From IMG/VR virus record IMGVR_UViG_3300013137_000015, positions 8,003-72,002 of that record: 64,000 nt of DNA, one strand, 5' to 3'. The translations under genes were made by a program, and so were the position numbers. How positions within the stretch are numbered: position 1 is the first letter of the stretch; each line of letters opens with the position of its first letter. Below the pieces are notes generated by a model that did not search any database, had not been told where the DNA came from, and saw only the letters and a program-made list of their open reading frames with translations. Positions 40,480 to 49,500 of this stretch are shown here, piece after piece. This DNA comes from a virus.

Positions 40480-41355
40480 ATGAAACTTAAAAAATATAAT
40501 CAATTTATTAATGAGGCTTGGGTTGATGGTGTGAGTGATATGGCTAAATATAACAAAATGATAGATTATACATTACTTGATAATAATGCAACAACAGAAG
40601 ATATTATAAGTTTATGCGAAGCTGCAAGAATAATGGATGTAAAATCAGTTTGTGTTATGCCTAAACATGTTCATATTGCTGCAGAAGAATTATCAGATTG
40701 TGGTGTTTTAGTTTGTACTGTAATATCATTTCCCGAAGGAACAAATACAAATATACAAAAAGAAAAAGAAACTATTCAAGTTATTCAAGATGGTGCAGAT
40801 GAAGTTGATATGGTATTAAATTATCAAAATTTAAAGAAAAACTGGAATGAAAATAATCAATCTGGTGCTATTCCTCATGAAAATGATGATTTGTATATAA
40901 CTGTTGTGGAAGAAATTGGCGAAATTGCTAAAATATGTCATAGTTCAGAAAACAAAGACAACGAACCAATAATATTAAAAGTTATTGTCGAAAGTGGTAG
41001 GTTAGATATTGATCAGACAGAATTTGTTACAAATGCTTGTATGCAAGCAAATGCAGATTTTATAAAAACATCAACTGGTAAAGTAGAAATTGGAGCAGAA
41101 CTTGATAAAGTTAAAGCAATGTATAATATTATACAAAATGCTGATGAAGATAATTCTATTGTTATGTATGATGAACATGGTAATGATGAAAATATTTATC
41201 CTTATAATATTAATTTAAAAATAAAAGCTTCTGGTGGTGTTAGAACAATGGAAGATATTAAAAAATTTGAACCATATGTAGATAGATTTGGAATGGGTTA
41301 TGCTGCAGTTGATGCACTCAATGGTTTAGAAAGAAAAGGTGATTCCAATTATTAA
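40480..41355 (+). CDS. deoC: Deoxyribose-phosphate aldolase with leader
   Basis: IDYTLL, CTVISFPEG, GADEVDMV, LKVIVE, ADFIKTSTG, IKASGGVR; starts MKLKKYNQFINE. Confidence 0.92.
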   Translation: MKLKKYNQFINEAWVDGVSDMAKYNKMIDYTLLDNNATTEDIISLCEAARIMDVKSVCVMPKHVHIAAEELSDCGVLVCTVISFPEGTNTNIQKEKETIQVIQDGADEVDMVLNYQNLKKNWNENNQSGAIPHENDDLYITVVEEIGEIAKICHSSENKDNEPIILKVIVESGRLDIDQTEFVTNACMQANADFIKTSTGKVEIGAELDKVKAMYNIIQNADEDNSIVMYDEHGNDENIYPYNINLKIKASGGVRTMEDIKKFEPYVDRFGMGYAAVDALNGLERKGDSNY

Positions 41356-41370
41356 AAATAAATATAAAAT

Positions 41371-42276
41371 ATGAAAGTATTAAAAACTTACAACCAATTT
41401 AATGAATCGTTATCAAGTAATGATGATATGGATATTGTATATGTTATAGATTCATTAGTAAAAGATGCCAAAAGTTCAAAGGATATACTAAAAGTAAAAG
41501 ACCTCATAAAACAAATTCAAACAAATGAAGGAAAAGTAAATGAAGGAATTTTACAAAATTTAAAAAATTGGTTAGATGATAAATTATTCAAATATTTAAT
41601 AAATAGAAAATCAAGTTTCTATACAAAATTGATGAATAAATTAAATATTTTCGATTTGTCAACTTTGGATGATGTTTTTGAATCTTATCCAGGTTTTACA
41701 AAATTACATTCTTTATATTTAGCTGGTGGAATGGACGAAAGTCCAGATTGTGGTAAAGGATGGAGAGTTAAATTGGAAGACCAATTTGGCGAAGATCATA
41801 TTATTGAAGATGATACATTAGTTAGAGTAATTAGAGACCCTAAAGTTTTATCAGAATTTTCATATCCTGTTTTATTAAATCCTGTTAGAAAAGAAGTTGA
41901 TAGAAATAAATCAGATGAATTTGATAAAGCAATCGCAGCATTAAAATCTCCTGATTATGACCCAAGAAAAGACGATGAAAAACCTATTGATTTCTTTAAA
42001 AAGACATTTGCAAGTTCAATTGAACCAGATGATGAACATCTTTTAAGAATTTCTGATGCTGTATTTTTAGGACAAGATAGAGCCGCTGGAGCAGGAACTT
42101 ATGGCGAATTGGAATTACTTTCATTATCAAGAAAACCTCTTTTCTGTTGGCTTATTAATAAATCTGCTGGCAAAATTGGTGAAGTTAAATTATGGACAAT
42201 TCCAACTTTATCAAAAGTTATGTTAAACGAAGAAGATATGAAAACATTTGTTAAAACAATAAAAAAATATACTTAA
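41371..42276 (+). CDS. Nucleoside 2-deoxyribosyltransferase / dNMP N-glycosidase-like protein with leader
   Basis: LYLAGGMD..GWR, LLNP, D...L..SDAV, GAGTYGEL....L..KP; starts MKVLKTYNQFNE. Confidence 0.6.
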   Translation: MKVLKTYNQFNESLSSNDDMDIVYVIDSLVKDAKSSKDILKVKDLIKQIQTNEGKVNEGILQNLKNWLDDKLFKYLINRKSSFYTKLMNKLNIFDLSTLDDVFESYPGFTKLHSLYLAGGMDESPDCGKGWRVKLEDQFGEDHIIEDDTLVRVIRDPKVLSEFSYPVLLNPVRKEVDRNKSDEFDKAIAALKSPDYDPRKDDEKPIDFFKKTFASSIEPDDEHLLRISDAVFLGQDRAAGAGTYGELELLSLSRKPLFCWLINKSAGKIGEVKLWTIPTLSKVMLNEEDMKTFVKTIKKYT

Positions 42277-42277
42277 T

Positions 42278-42406
42278 ATGGCACTCAAAAAATATAGTGA
42301 TTTTATTCCACTATCTATTGGTATTGAAGATTATTTAAATGGTGGACAAATACATAGAATTTATTTACACGGTGAAGTTATAGTAATGGAATTTTTCTTG
42401 GGTTAA
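42278..42406 (+). CDS. 42-aa microprotein (not in ORF track)
   Basis: MALKKYSDFIPLSIGIEDYLNGG... Confidence 0.4.
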   Translation: MALKKYSDFIPLSIGIEDYLNGGQIHRIYLHGEVIVMEFFLG

Positions 42407-42847
42407 TTATTCAACAATTCTCCCCAATTTTTTAATACGAAGAAGTCTCTTAACGACTTCTTCTTTTGTTTCACGACCATTCAAATAATAATCTTTATCA
42501 ATTATTTCTGAATATTTATTATACTTAACATATGCAGGACCATTCTCATTATGAATAAATCCATTTTTTAAAAAATATTTACTTGATGTTGTTATTTTGT
42601 TACAGAATATTTGGTCTAATTTATAAAAGTTATCATACACAAAAAGATGAAAATCAACAAAATCTTTAAAAACGGTTGTTGTACCTGTAACATCAAATAC
42701 AGAAATCATATAACTATAATTTCCTATTCTGACCCACGAAATATCTTTTGCTTTTATTGTAATGACTTTACCCCTTCTAACAACATCATATTCATATGGT
42801 AGATTATTAATTTTCTCTTTTAATTTTGCATCACTGAATATGTTCAT
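42407..42847 (-). CDS. Hypothetical protein with HxxNGPA repeat unit
   Basis: IHNENGPAY...YYLNG; C-terminal LRIKKLGRI. Confidence 0.65.
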   Translation of the reverse strand: MNIFSDAKLKEKINNLPYEYDVVRRGKVITIKAKDISWVRIGNYSYMISVFDVTGTTTVFKDFVDFHLFVYDNFYKLDQIFCNKITTSSKYFLKNGFIHNENGPAYVKYNKYSEIIDKDYYLNGRETKEEVVKRLLRIKKLGRIVE

Positions 42848-43177
42848 TTATTTAACATCTTTTTCTACTACTACTCTTGTCAATTTCTTTTCTCTAAGAA
42901 TTTGATTAGCCTTTAGTCTCCATTCTGTTTCATTCATTGCTTCACCATATAAATAGAAAAATCCTCTATTACCATTGTGAAATTCTATGGCTGGACCATT
43001 TAATCTGTGATAGACACCATTCTCTTTATATTCCCATCTATCTTTAAAACGAATCTTTTGATATGTAGAATCATCAATAAGCCATTCGTTTACTTTTATT
43101 TCATTTTCGTAAAATTCTTTTAATTTCTGTTCCTTTTCTTGTGGGTCAGATAATTGCATAATATCTTCGTATGTCAT
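42848..43177 (-). CDS. Hypothetical protein with HRLNGPA repeat unit
   Basis: YHRLNGPAIE...FYLYG; C-terminal LREKKLTRV. Confidence 0.7.
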   Translation of the reverse strand: MTYEDIMQLSDPQEKEQKLKEFYENEIKVNEWLIDDSTYQKIRFKDRWEYKENGVYHRLNGPAIEFHNGNRGFFYLYGEAMNETEWRLKANQILREKKLTRVVVEKDVK

Positions 43178-43180
43178 AAT

Positions 43181-43393
43181 TTAAAATTGAGAATATTTTA
43201 CAAGATTGCCAACAAAATCGTGTATCCATTGACCAATTGCTTGTCCTGATTCAATTGGAAAAATAATTAGAATTGATAAAATAAAAATAGAGATAATCCA
43301 CCATTTTCTTTTTTTACATAAGGAGATTATCCAATTTTTGAACCTTCTTTTTTTAACTTCTTTCTGTTGTTCTTTAACTCTTAAATCTTCCAT
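43181..43393 (-). CDS. Small membrane protein
   Basis: Basic N-terminus followed by a TM helix. Confidence 0.6.
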   Translation of the reverse strand: MEDLRVKEQQKEVKKRRFKNWIISLCKKRKWWIISIFILSILIIFPIESGQAIGQWIHDFVGNLVKYSQF

Positions 43394-43402
43394 ATATTTC
43401 TA

Positions 43403-43975
43403 TTATATTTTAAAATATAAACCCCAATTTAATGAATCGTTTATATTATTATATACATCTAGTTTATCAAAACCATTTTTACCAACAACTATCTGTAAAA
43501 AATATTTATAAATTTCATTTTTAGAATCTATTTCAGATGCACCAATACAGAAATAATTTTTAATAATTCTCGATTTCACTGTGTCAACTAATATATAATG
43601 AATTCTATTCAAAATTTCTATCATTTCATTTTTATTAGTCAATTTTTCATAATCATCTTTATTTAAATCTAAATCTGACAAACTAAATGATATATGATTT
43701 ACAGTACCTTTATTTTTTTCATTTATAGGCATAATATCTATTCTATATGATGTATCACTATTTGTAGAAAAAGTAATTTTGAAATCGTTACCTGCTTTAA
43801 AAATATTATAAGTTGTTTGAATAGGATTGTTGAAAATCTCTTTTATAATACCATGTTCAATTAACAATTTATCTTTTGATGAAGTATAAATTTTTAAATT
43901 CTTTTTTAATCTATCTGTTTTATACTTATCGATAAATAAACGATAATGTTGATGTTTTGTATATAAATAGTTCAT
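43403..43975 (-). CDS. Hypothetical protein
   Basis: 190-aa ORF; AAAC-N18-TATAAA upstream at 43980-44007. Confidence 0.6.
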   Translation of the reverse strand: MNYLYTKHQHYRLFIDKYKTDRLKKNLKIYTSSKDKLLIEHGIIKEIFNNPIQTTYNIFKAGNDFKITFSTNSDTSYRIDIMPINEKNKGTVNHISFSLSDLDLNKDDYEKLTNKNEMIEILNRIHYILVDTVKSRIIKNYFCIGASEIDSKNEIYKYFLQIVVGKNGFDKLDVYNNINDSLNWGLYFKI

Positions 43976-44010
43976 TTTATTTATATAAAATGCTTAAAGA
44001 TAAGTTTAAT

Positions 44011-46557
44011 TTATCTATAATTACTTGCTATACTACCACCATAGAAATTTCCTTTAATCCACATTCCTGAATAATAATTACCATTATAGAAATCTCCATT
44101 ATACCAAGTTCCTTTATACCAAGTACCATTCAACCAAGTTGGTACATCAACTTCATCCGAATAGAATGTTTTTACTTGTATATCATAAACTCTTAATTGT
44201 TGACATACGGTCATATCTAAATCAAATGTTAAATTAACTCTCAATCTTTCACTTGATGTAGTTACTAATCGAGGATTATATGTGTCTAAATCAAAAGGAG
44301 GTGTTGCACCACTATAATATAATTCTAAACCTCTATTCTGATCATCAACTAACCCCCACATATCATCTAAATTACCAAAATACCAATTTTCAAGACTTGA
44401 ATAATTTAAAGAAACATTTTTTGTTTTACCAATTGGTATATCTGGATATCCAAGTGCAGTATAACCTGTATAATAAGCAGGATTATAATAACACGCATCA
44501 TCTGTTCCCCAAGTTTTAACATCACCACTATCGATATGATTCAATACTAAATCTTTTAGTGGTAACATTGATGTAATATTTTTATAACCACTTCTATAAC
44601 TACTATTTGGTGTTACTTGTGTTTTAAATTTTACCATGTAACCATTTACTAATGTTACATTTAAGTCTGTTATAAAATCATAATTAAAATCAAAATCTTG
44701 GAATGATAACATAGAACTAGTTGTACCTGTTCTTGATGACATCACATTTGTATAATTGACTATTTTTCCAGAATCACTCGATGCGTTTGTTTTATATTTC
44801 TTTGAAACAGTTACATAATATTGACCACCAGTAGTACCAGTTGCCATAACTGTTGTTATACCATTATAACTTTCGTTTGTATAACCTTTATTTTGTTCAA
44901 TATAAACAAAATCACCTTTCCTAAATTTTGTTAAATTTGGTCCTATGAATTGTACAACATTATATGTTATTGGTATTGGTATTGATCCAAAACTACTTCT
45001 TGAAAATATTGGTTGACCTTGTTCAACATAAGTAGTAGAATTTATAGCACTATAACCCCAATATGTCATTCCTGTGCCTGTTCCGTTATCTAATTTTATT
45101 TTCCTACGAATTCGTAAAGTCTGATTATTTCCCATAAAAAATGGAAAAGTAATATTATATATTCCAAATGTCCATGAACCACCACCTAGATTTGTAACAG
45201 ATGATACATAGTATTCAACATTATTCATAACAAATTTTATATCACACCATTCGTTTATTTCTGTAAAATCATATAAATTTGTGACACTTGTACTTGTCAA
45301 TATGTCAAATTTATCAACATTAAATGTTAAACTTCTTGATTGTGTAAAAGTAATAGAACTTACTCCATGTGATGATAATTTTATAGCCACATCTTCTATA
45401 TAATGTGTTAATTCATAATATGTATTTGAAGTATTCGATGCTGTAACATCATTTGCAGACATTGTTATGTCTGGCATAACTGTATCACCACTCCATTTAT
45501 ATAAATTAGTTCTTAAATCGGCTTGTGATGTGTAAATTGGTTCTGTCCATTCTGTTGCATTTATAAAGCCAAATATACCATTCTTCCAAATACCATTTTT
45601 CCAAGTACCAGTTCTGAAATGACCACCATACCATATACCATTATCCCAAGTACCACTGTGCCATATACTTAAATAATTTTTAGCAGATTCTACTGGTTGT
45701 CCAGTGCTTCCAGTAACATAACCAGAAAACCATTCACCATTTTTCCAAGTACCATCATACCAATTACAAATTGGAGAATAATCGTCTGTGTCTAAAAGTG
45801 TATTACCAAATCTACTAACTTCAGTACTTTTTAATTTACTGAATGTTCCATTCATCCAATCACCATTTATAAATTCGCCATTATACCAATAACCATTATA
45901 CCAAGTATCACCATCAAATGTTCCATTAAACCACATACCATTCAACCACATAGAATTTGTCATATCACCATTTACATGACGACCACTGTTCCATATTGCA
46001 TTATAAAACTCACCATTTTGAAATATGCCATCAACCCATGTTGATACTGATTTTTCTTCATATTGTAATGAACCCCCTATTAAATCACTTTCTTTTCTGA
46101 AATTGATATAACTATATCCTTCGTATGTTTCATTATAATAATCAAAGTCTGCCCAATCTTGTGTAGTACCACTTTCACCAAAAGTACCGCTATAGAATTT
46201 TCCATTCATCCACAAACCATTGTGAAAAGTAGAATAGTTATCACCAGTTTGTCTTATAAAAAATACTTCATTTAATACATCAAATTTATCCAACTGATAA
46301 GAGAAGAACAAACCATTTTTCCAAACACCAGTATAAAAGTTTCCAGAGTACCAAGTACCATCTTCCCACTCACCACAATACCAATCACCAAAATACCAAA
46401 CAATACCTCTATCATTTTCACCTATGATAGCGTCTTTTACTTTTGCGTTTAATAACCAGTTATAACTTATTTTAACTTTTTCTAAAGACATTCCATTTAC
46501 AAAAATCACATTTGATTTTTCAAAATCAGTGCCTTCTATATCTACTCTTACAGCCAT
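44011..46557 (-). CDS. Putative virion/tail protein with (W/F)xxGx pentapeptide repeats
   Basis: Runs such as WYNGYWYNGEFINGDWMNGT in the N-terminal third and at the C-terminus; coupled to the 1681-aa gene. Confidence 0.65.
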   Translation of the reverse strand: MAVRVDIEGTDFEKSNVIFVNGMSLEKVKISYNWLLNAKVKDAIIGENDRGIVWYFGDWYCGEWEDGTWYSGNFYTGVWKNGLFFSYQLDKFDVLNEVFFIRQTGDNYSTFHNGLWMNGKFYSGTFGESGTTQDWADFDYYNETYEGYSYINFRKESDLIGGSLQYEEKSVSTWVDGIFQNGEFYNAIWNSGRHVNGDMTNSMWLNGMWFNGTFDGDTWYNGYWYNGEFINGDWMNGTFSKLKSTEVSRFGNTLLDTDDYSPICNWYDGTWKNGEWFSGYVTGSTGQPVESAKNYLSIWHSGTWDNGIWYGGHFRTGTWKNGIWKNGIFGFINATEWTEPIYTSQADLRTNLYKWSGDTVMPDITMSANDVTASNTSNTYYELTHYIEDVAIKLSSHGVSSITFTQSRSLTFNVDKFDILTSTSVTNLYDFTEINEWCDIKFVMNNVEYYVSSVTNLGGGSWTFGIYNITFPFFMGNNQTLRIRRKIKLDNGTGTGMTYWGYSAINSTTYVEQGQPIFSRSSFGSIPIPITYNVVQFIGPNLTKFRKGDFVYIEQNKGYTNESYNGITTVMATGTTGGQYYVTVSKKYKTNASSDSGKIVNYTNVMSSRTGTTSSMLSFQDFDFNYDFITDLNVTLVNGYMVKFKTQVTPNSSYRSGYKNITSMLPLKDLVLNHIDSGDVKTWGTDDACYYNPAYYTGYTALGYPDIPIGKTKNVSLNYSSLENWYFGNLDDMWGLVDDQNRGLELYYSGATPPFDLDTYNPRLVTTSSERLRVNLTFDLDMTVCQQLRVYDIQVKTFYSDEVDVPTWLNGTWYKGTWYNGDFYNGNYYSGMWIKGNFYGGSIASNYR

Positions 46558-49500
46558 TAGAACGAATTTATTTTTATTTTTTCTAAGAAAATCTTATACT
46601 GAGTTGGGTCTATTACGTCATAATAAAAATCACCAGGATAAACTTTTCCACCGAAATATGCACCACCATTATAGTGTCCTCCTATATATACACTATCATC
46701 GACCACACTCAAAGAATTTATGTATAAATTGCTTGTAGATGTTTTGTTATATAAACCTACAAGAGCACCTGTAGTTGGACTCAATTTCATTACATATGAA
46801 CCTGTTGTTTGACAATATAATATATTGTTATCTAAAATTGTTGATGAATTGTAATAACCACTAACAAGCAAGAAATTACCAAACATACCATCGTAAATTG
46901 TAATATCTGTTGCATAATCATTATTATTTCCACCAAAACTTTTGCCCCAGACAACATTTCCATCGGTATCAAATTTCAAAACAAATATATTCCAATTTGT
47001 ATTCCAAATTTGTATTGAATAATCTAAACAAGCTTGTGCAGCAGAGGTTGTATGTCCAGATTGTGCAACAATAGCAGCAGTATTTGTTTTGCCAGCACCA
47101 ATAGCATCACTCGTTCCAACAGTATCAGTTATATTACTCCAAGCATAATTACCAACCAAGTTTGATGGACCAGCTTCATAATATGTCCAAGTGCCATCAC
47201 CATTATCAATTTTATGGAAAATCCAACCACTTGCTGGACCATTACTACCAATAGAATAATTAGCAGTTGAAATAAAATCTCTAACTGGTCTAACTGTACC
47301 ATCGTTTATGGTTTTTGGATGCCCAAATAAATAAGGAGTTGTCATTTGTCTAAACCAAGCAAATTGTGGAATAATCCATTCTGAACTAGATAAATAAGTA
47401 CCTAAAACAAAATTACCATATCCAGACAATGATAAATTATTATACATCAATGTCATTTCATCTCTTGATGGTAAATACCAATCATCATATGTTATACTAT
47501 TATTAGAACCATATTCTGTTCCATCTATACTTAACCTGCCTTGTGCTTTTATTAACATATATATAGCATCGTTATTGTACAACATTTTATGAACAAAATG
47601 ATTATCATCATTTGAGCTTTGATAATCTAATGTATAAATAGGTTTGCACCAATATAAAAATCCATCAGCTGCATTCAATTTCATTAATGTAATATAATTA
47701 TAACCAGAAGTATTTAATATACAATCTCCTTTTACACCGCCTTCATCAATATATTCTAATCCTGCAGATGAATTAACTCTATTAGATGCATAAATATAAT
47801 TATTAGTATCATCACCAATTAGTTTTGCGGATGTATCATATATTGTATATGTGTTTATTGTATTTCTATTAGCGGTTGGTGGAACTGTTGTGAAAGAAGA
47901 TGCCCAGAATTTTTTATACCATAAAATTGTTTTGAAATCTTCACTATATTTAACAATTGCATTTGTACTATAACTACTAGCAGTTATAGAATCTGACAAT
48001 ATTTCTACTGGCAAATCATTATTAAATTGTTGATAATATCTACCACTCCAAGCTGATAAAAAAGTATAATGATAACCAGCTACATTTACATAATCCTGAA
48101 TACTATTAGTTCCATATAAATCGATAGATTTATATGTTATAGCGGTGACTATTTCCCTTGCATAATTAAACATTAATAAATGACTTTGATACTGCGAGGT
48201 TAAAGCGGATTGTGAATTGATTTGTGTTACACCTTCGGTTGTTGAAGAAGGAGAATCAAATAATAAATATGATGCCGATATATCACGACCTGTATAATAC
48301 AAATGATATGTATTCAAATCGTCATCAGTTTTTATATCATAACAATAACTGTATGCTGTATTGGCACCAATAAAGTGTGTATAAATAAATCCTTTTTCTG
48401 TTAGATTTTGACCATCAAACACAAGAGCCGCACTATTTCTATACCAATCTAACGTATTATAATCATCAGTTTGAAGTGCAAATTCGTATTTACCTTGATA
48501 TTTAACATTTAAATATATTTCGCCATCAAGAAGTGTAGCAGATTGTACATAAGATTCTGCATCAAATCCATACGCATCATATGAAATACCTGTATAAAAT
48601 ATATTTCTAACTGTGGTTAGATCAAGATTTTTCAATTCTAAAGGATATGACAATTTTGTTATACCATCTATACCAACATCTATTAATTCAATAGGTTGAT
48701 ATGTCAAATTAACATCATATAAATGTCTATAATTTGTGTCTATATTAATATCAAATATGTCTAAATTAAATAAATCGTCTTTTTGATATAAAAGACCAGT
48801 TGATAAGTTTCTAACAAACTCGTTTTCTTTAAGTATTAAAGCATATTGGGAACAAATTCTACTTCTTACATTATCAGGATACTTGTAGTAATGAGAATGA
48901 GGGTAATTCAAATAAATATCATATAAAATATCAGATATATCTTGAACTTTGCTAACATTAATAAAATCAAATGTGTTAGCTGTTATTCCAATATCCATTC
49001 GTGGCTTTTCAATCAACATATATTCATCTGTTATTTCATAAATCATTGTTCTTGAACTATTTGTTGTGAAGTAATATGGTGATGATGGTTCTGTTCCTGA
49101 TTTAGCAAGAATTCCAAAATCTATAAATGTATATTGTTTAAAATCTAATAGTTTAGCTGTATCTTTTGGAATAATTTTGAATAAACTCGATTGTATAGGG
49201 AAATATGTATCTGTTGATGTATGTCCTTGGAACGCCCAATTCACTATCATTTCTTCAATTGTATAGTCGCTGCATAACATATATGCTTCATTGTATATAT
49301 TAACTGGAATTTCTCCCATATTATCTAAGAAAGTTTTCAATTTATAATGTTGATATGGACTTTCAGTAGTAAATGTGTATGCACTTGTTGTACTAGTCAA
49401 ACTTATTAGTGTAAAATCAAAATATCTAAAATAATCAGTGTCTTGAATTGTGTTAACTCTAATTCTATCATCAAGAGATGAAAAATCTATTATTTCACCA

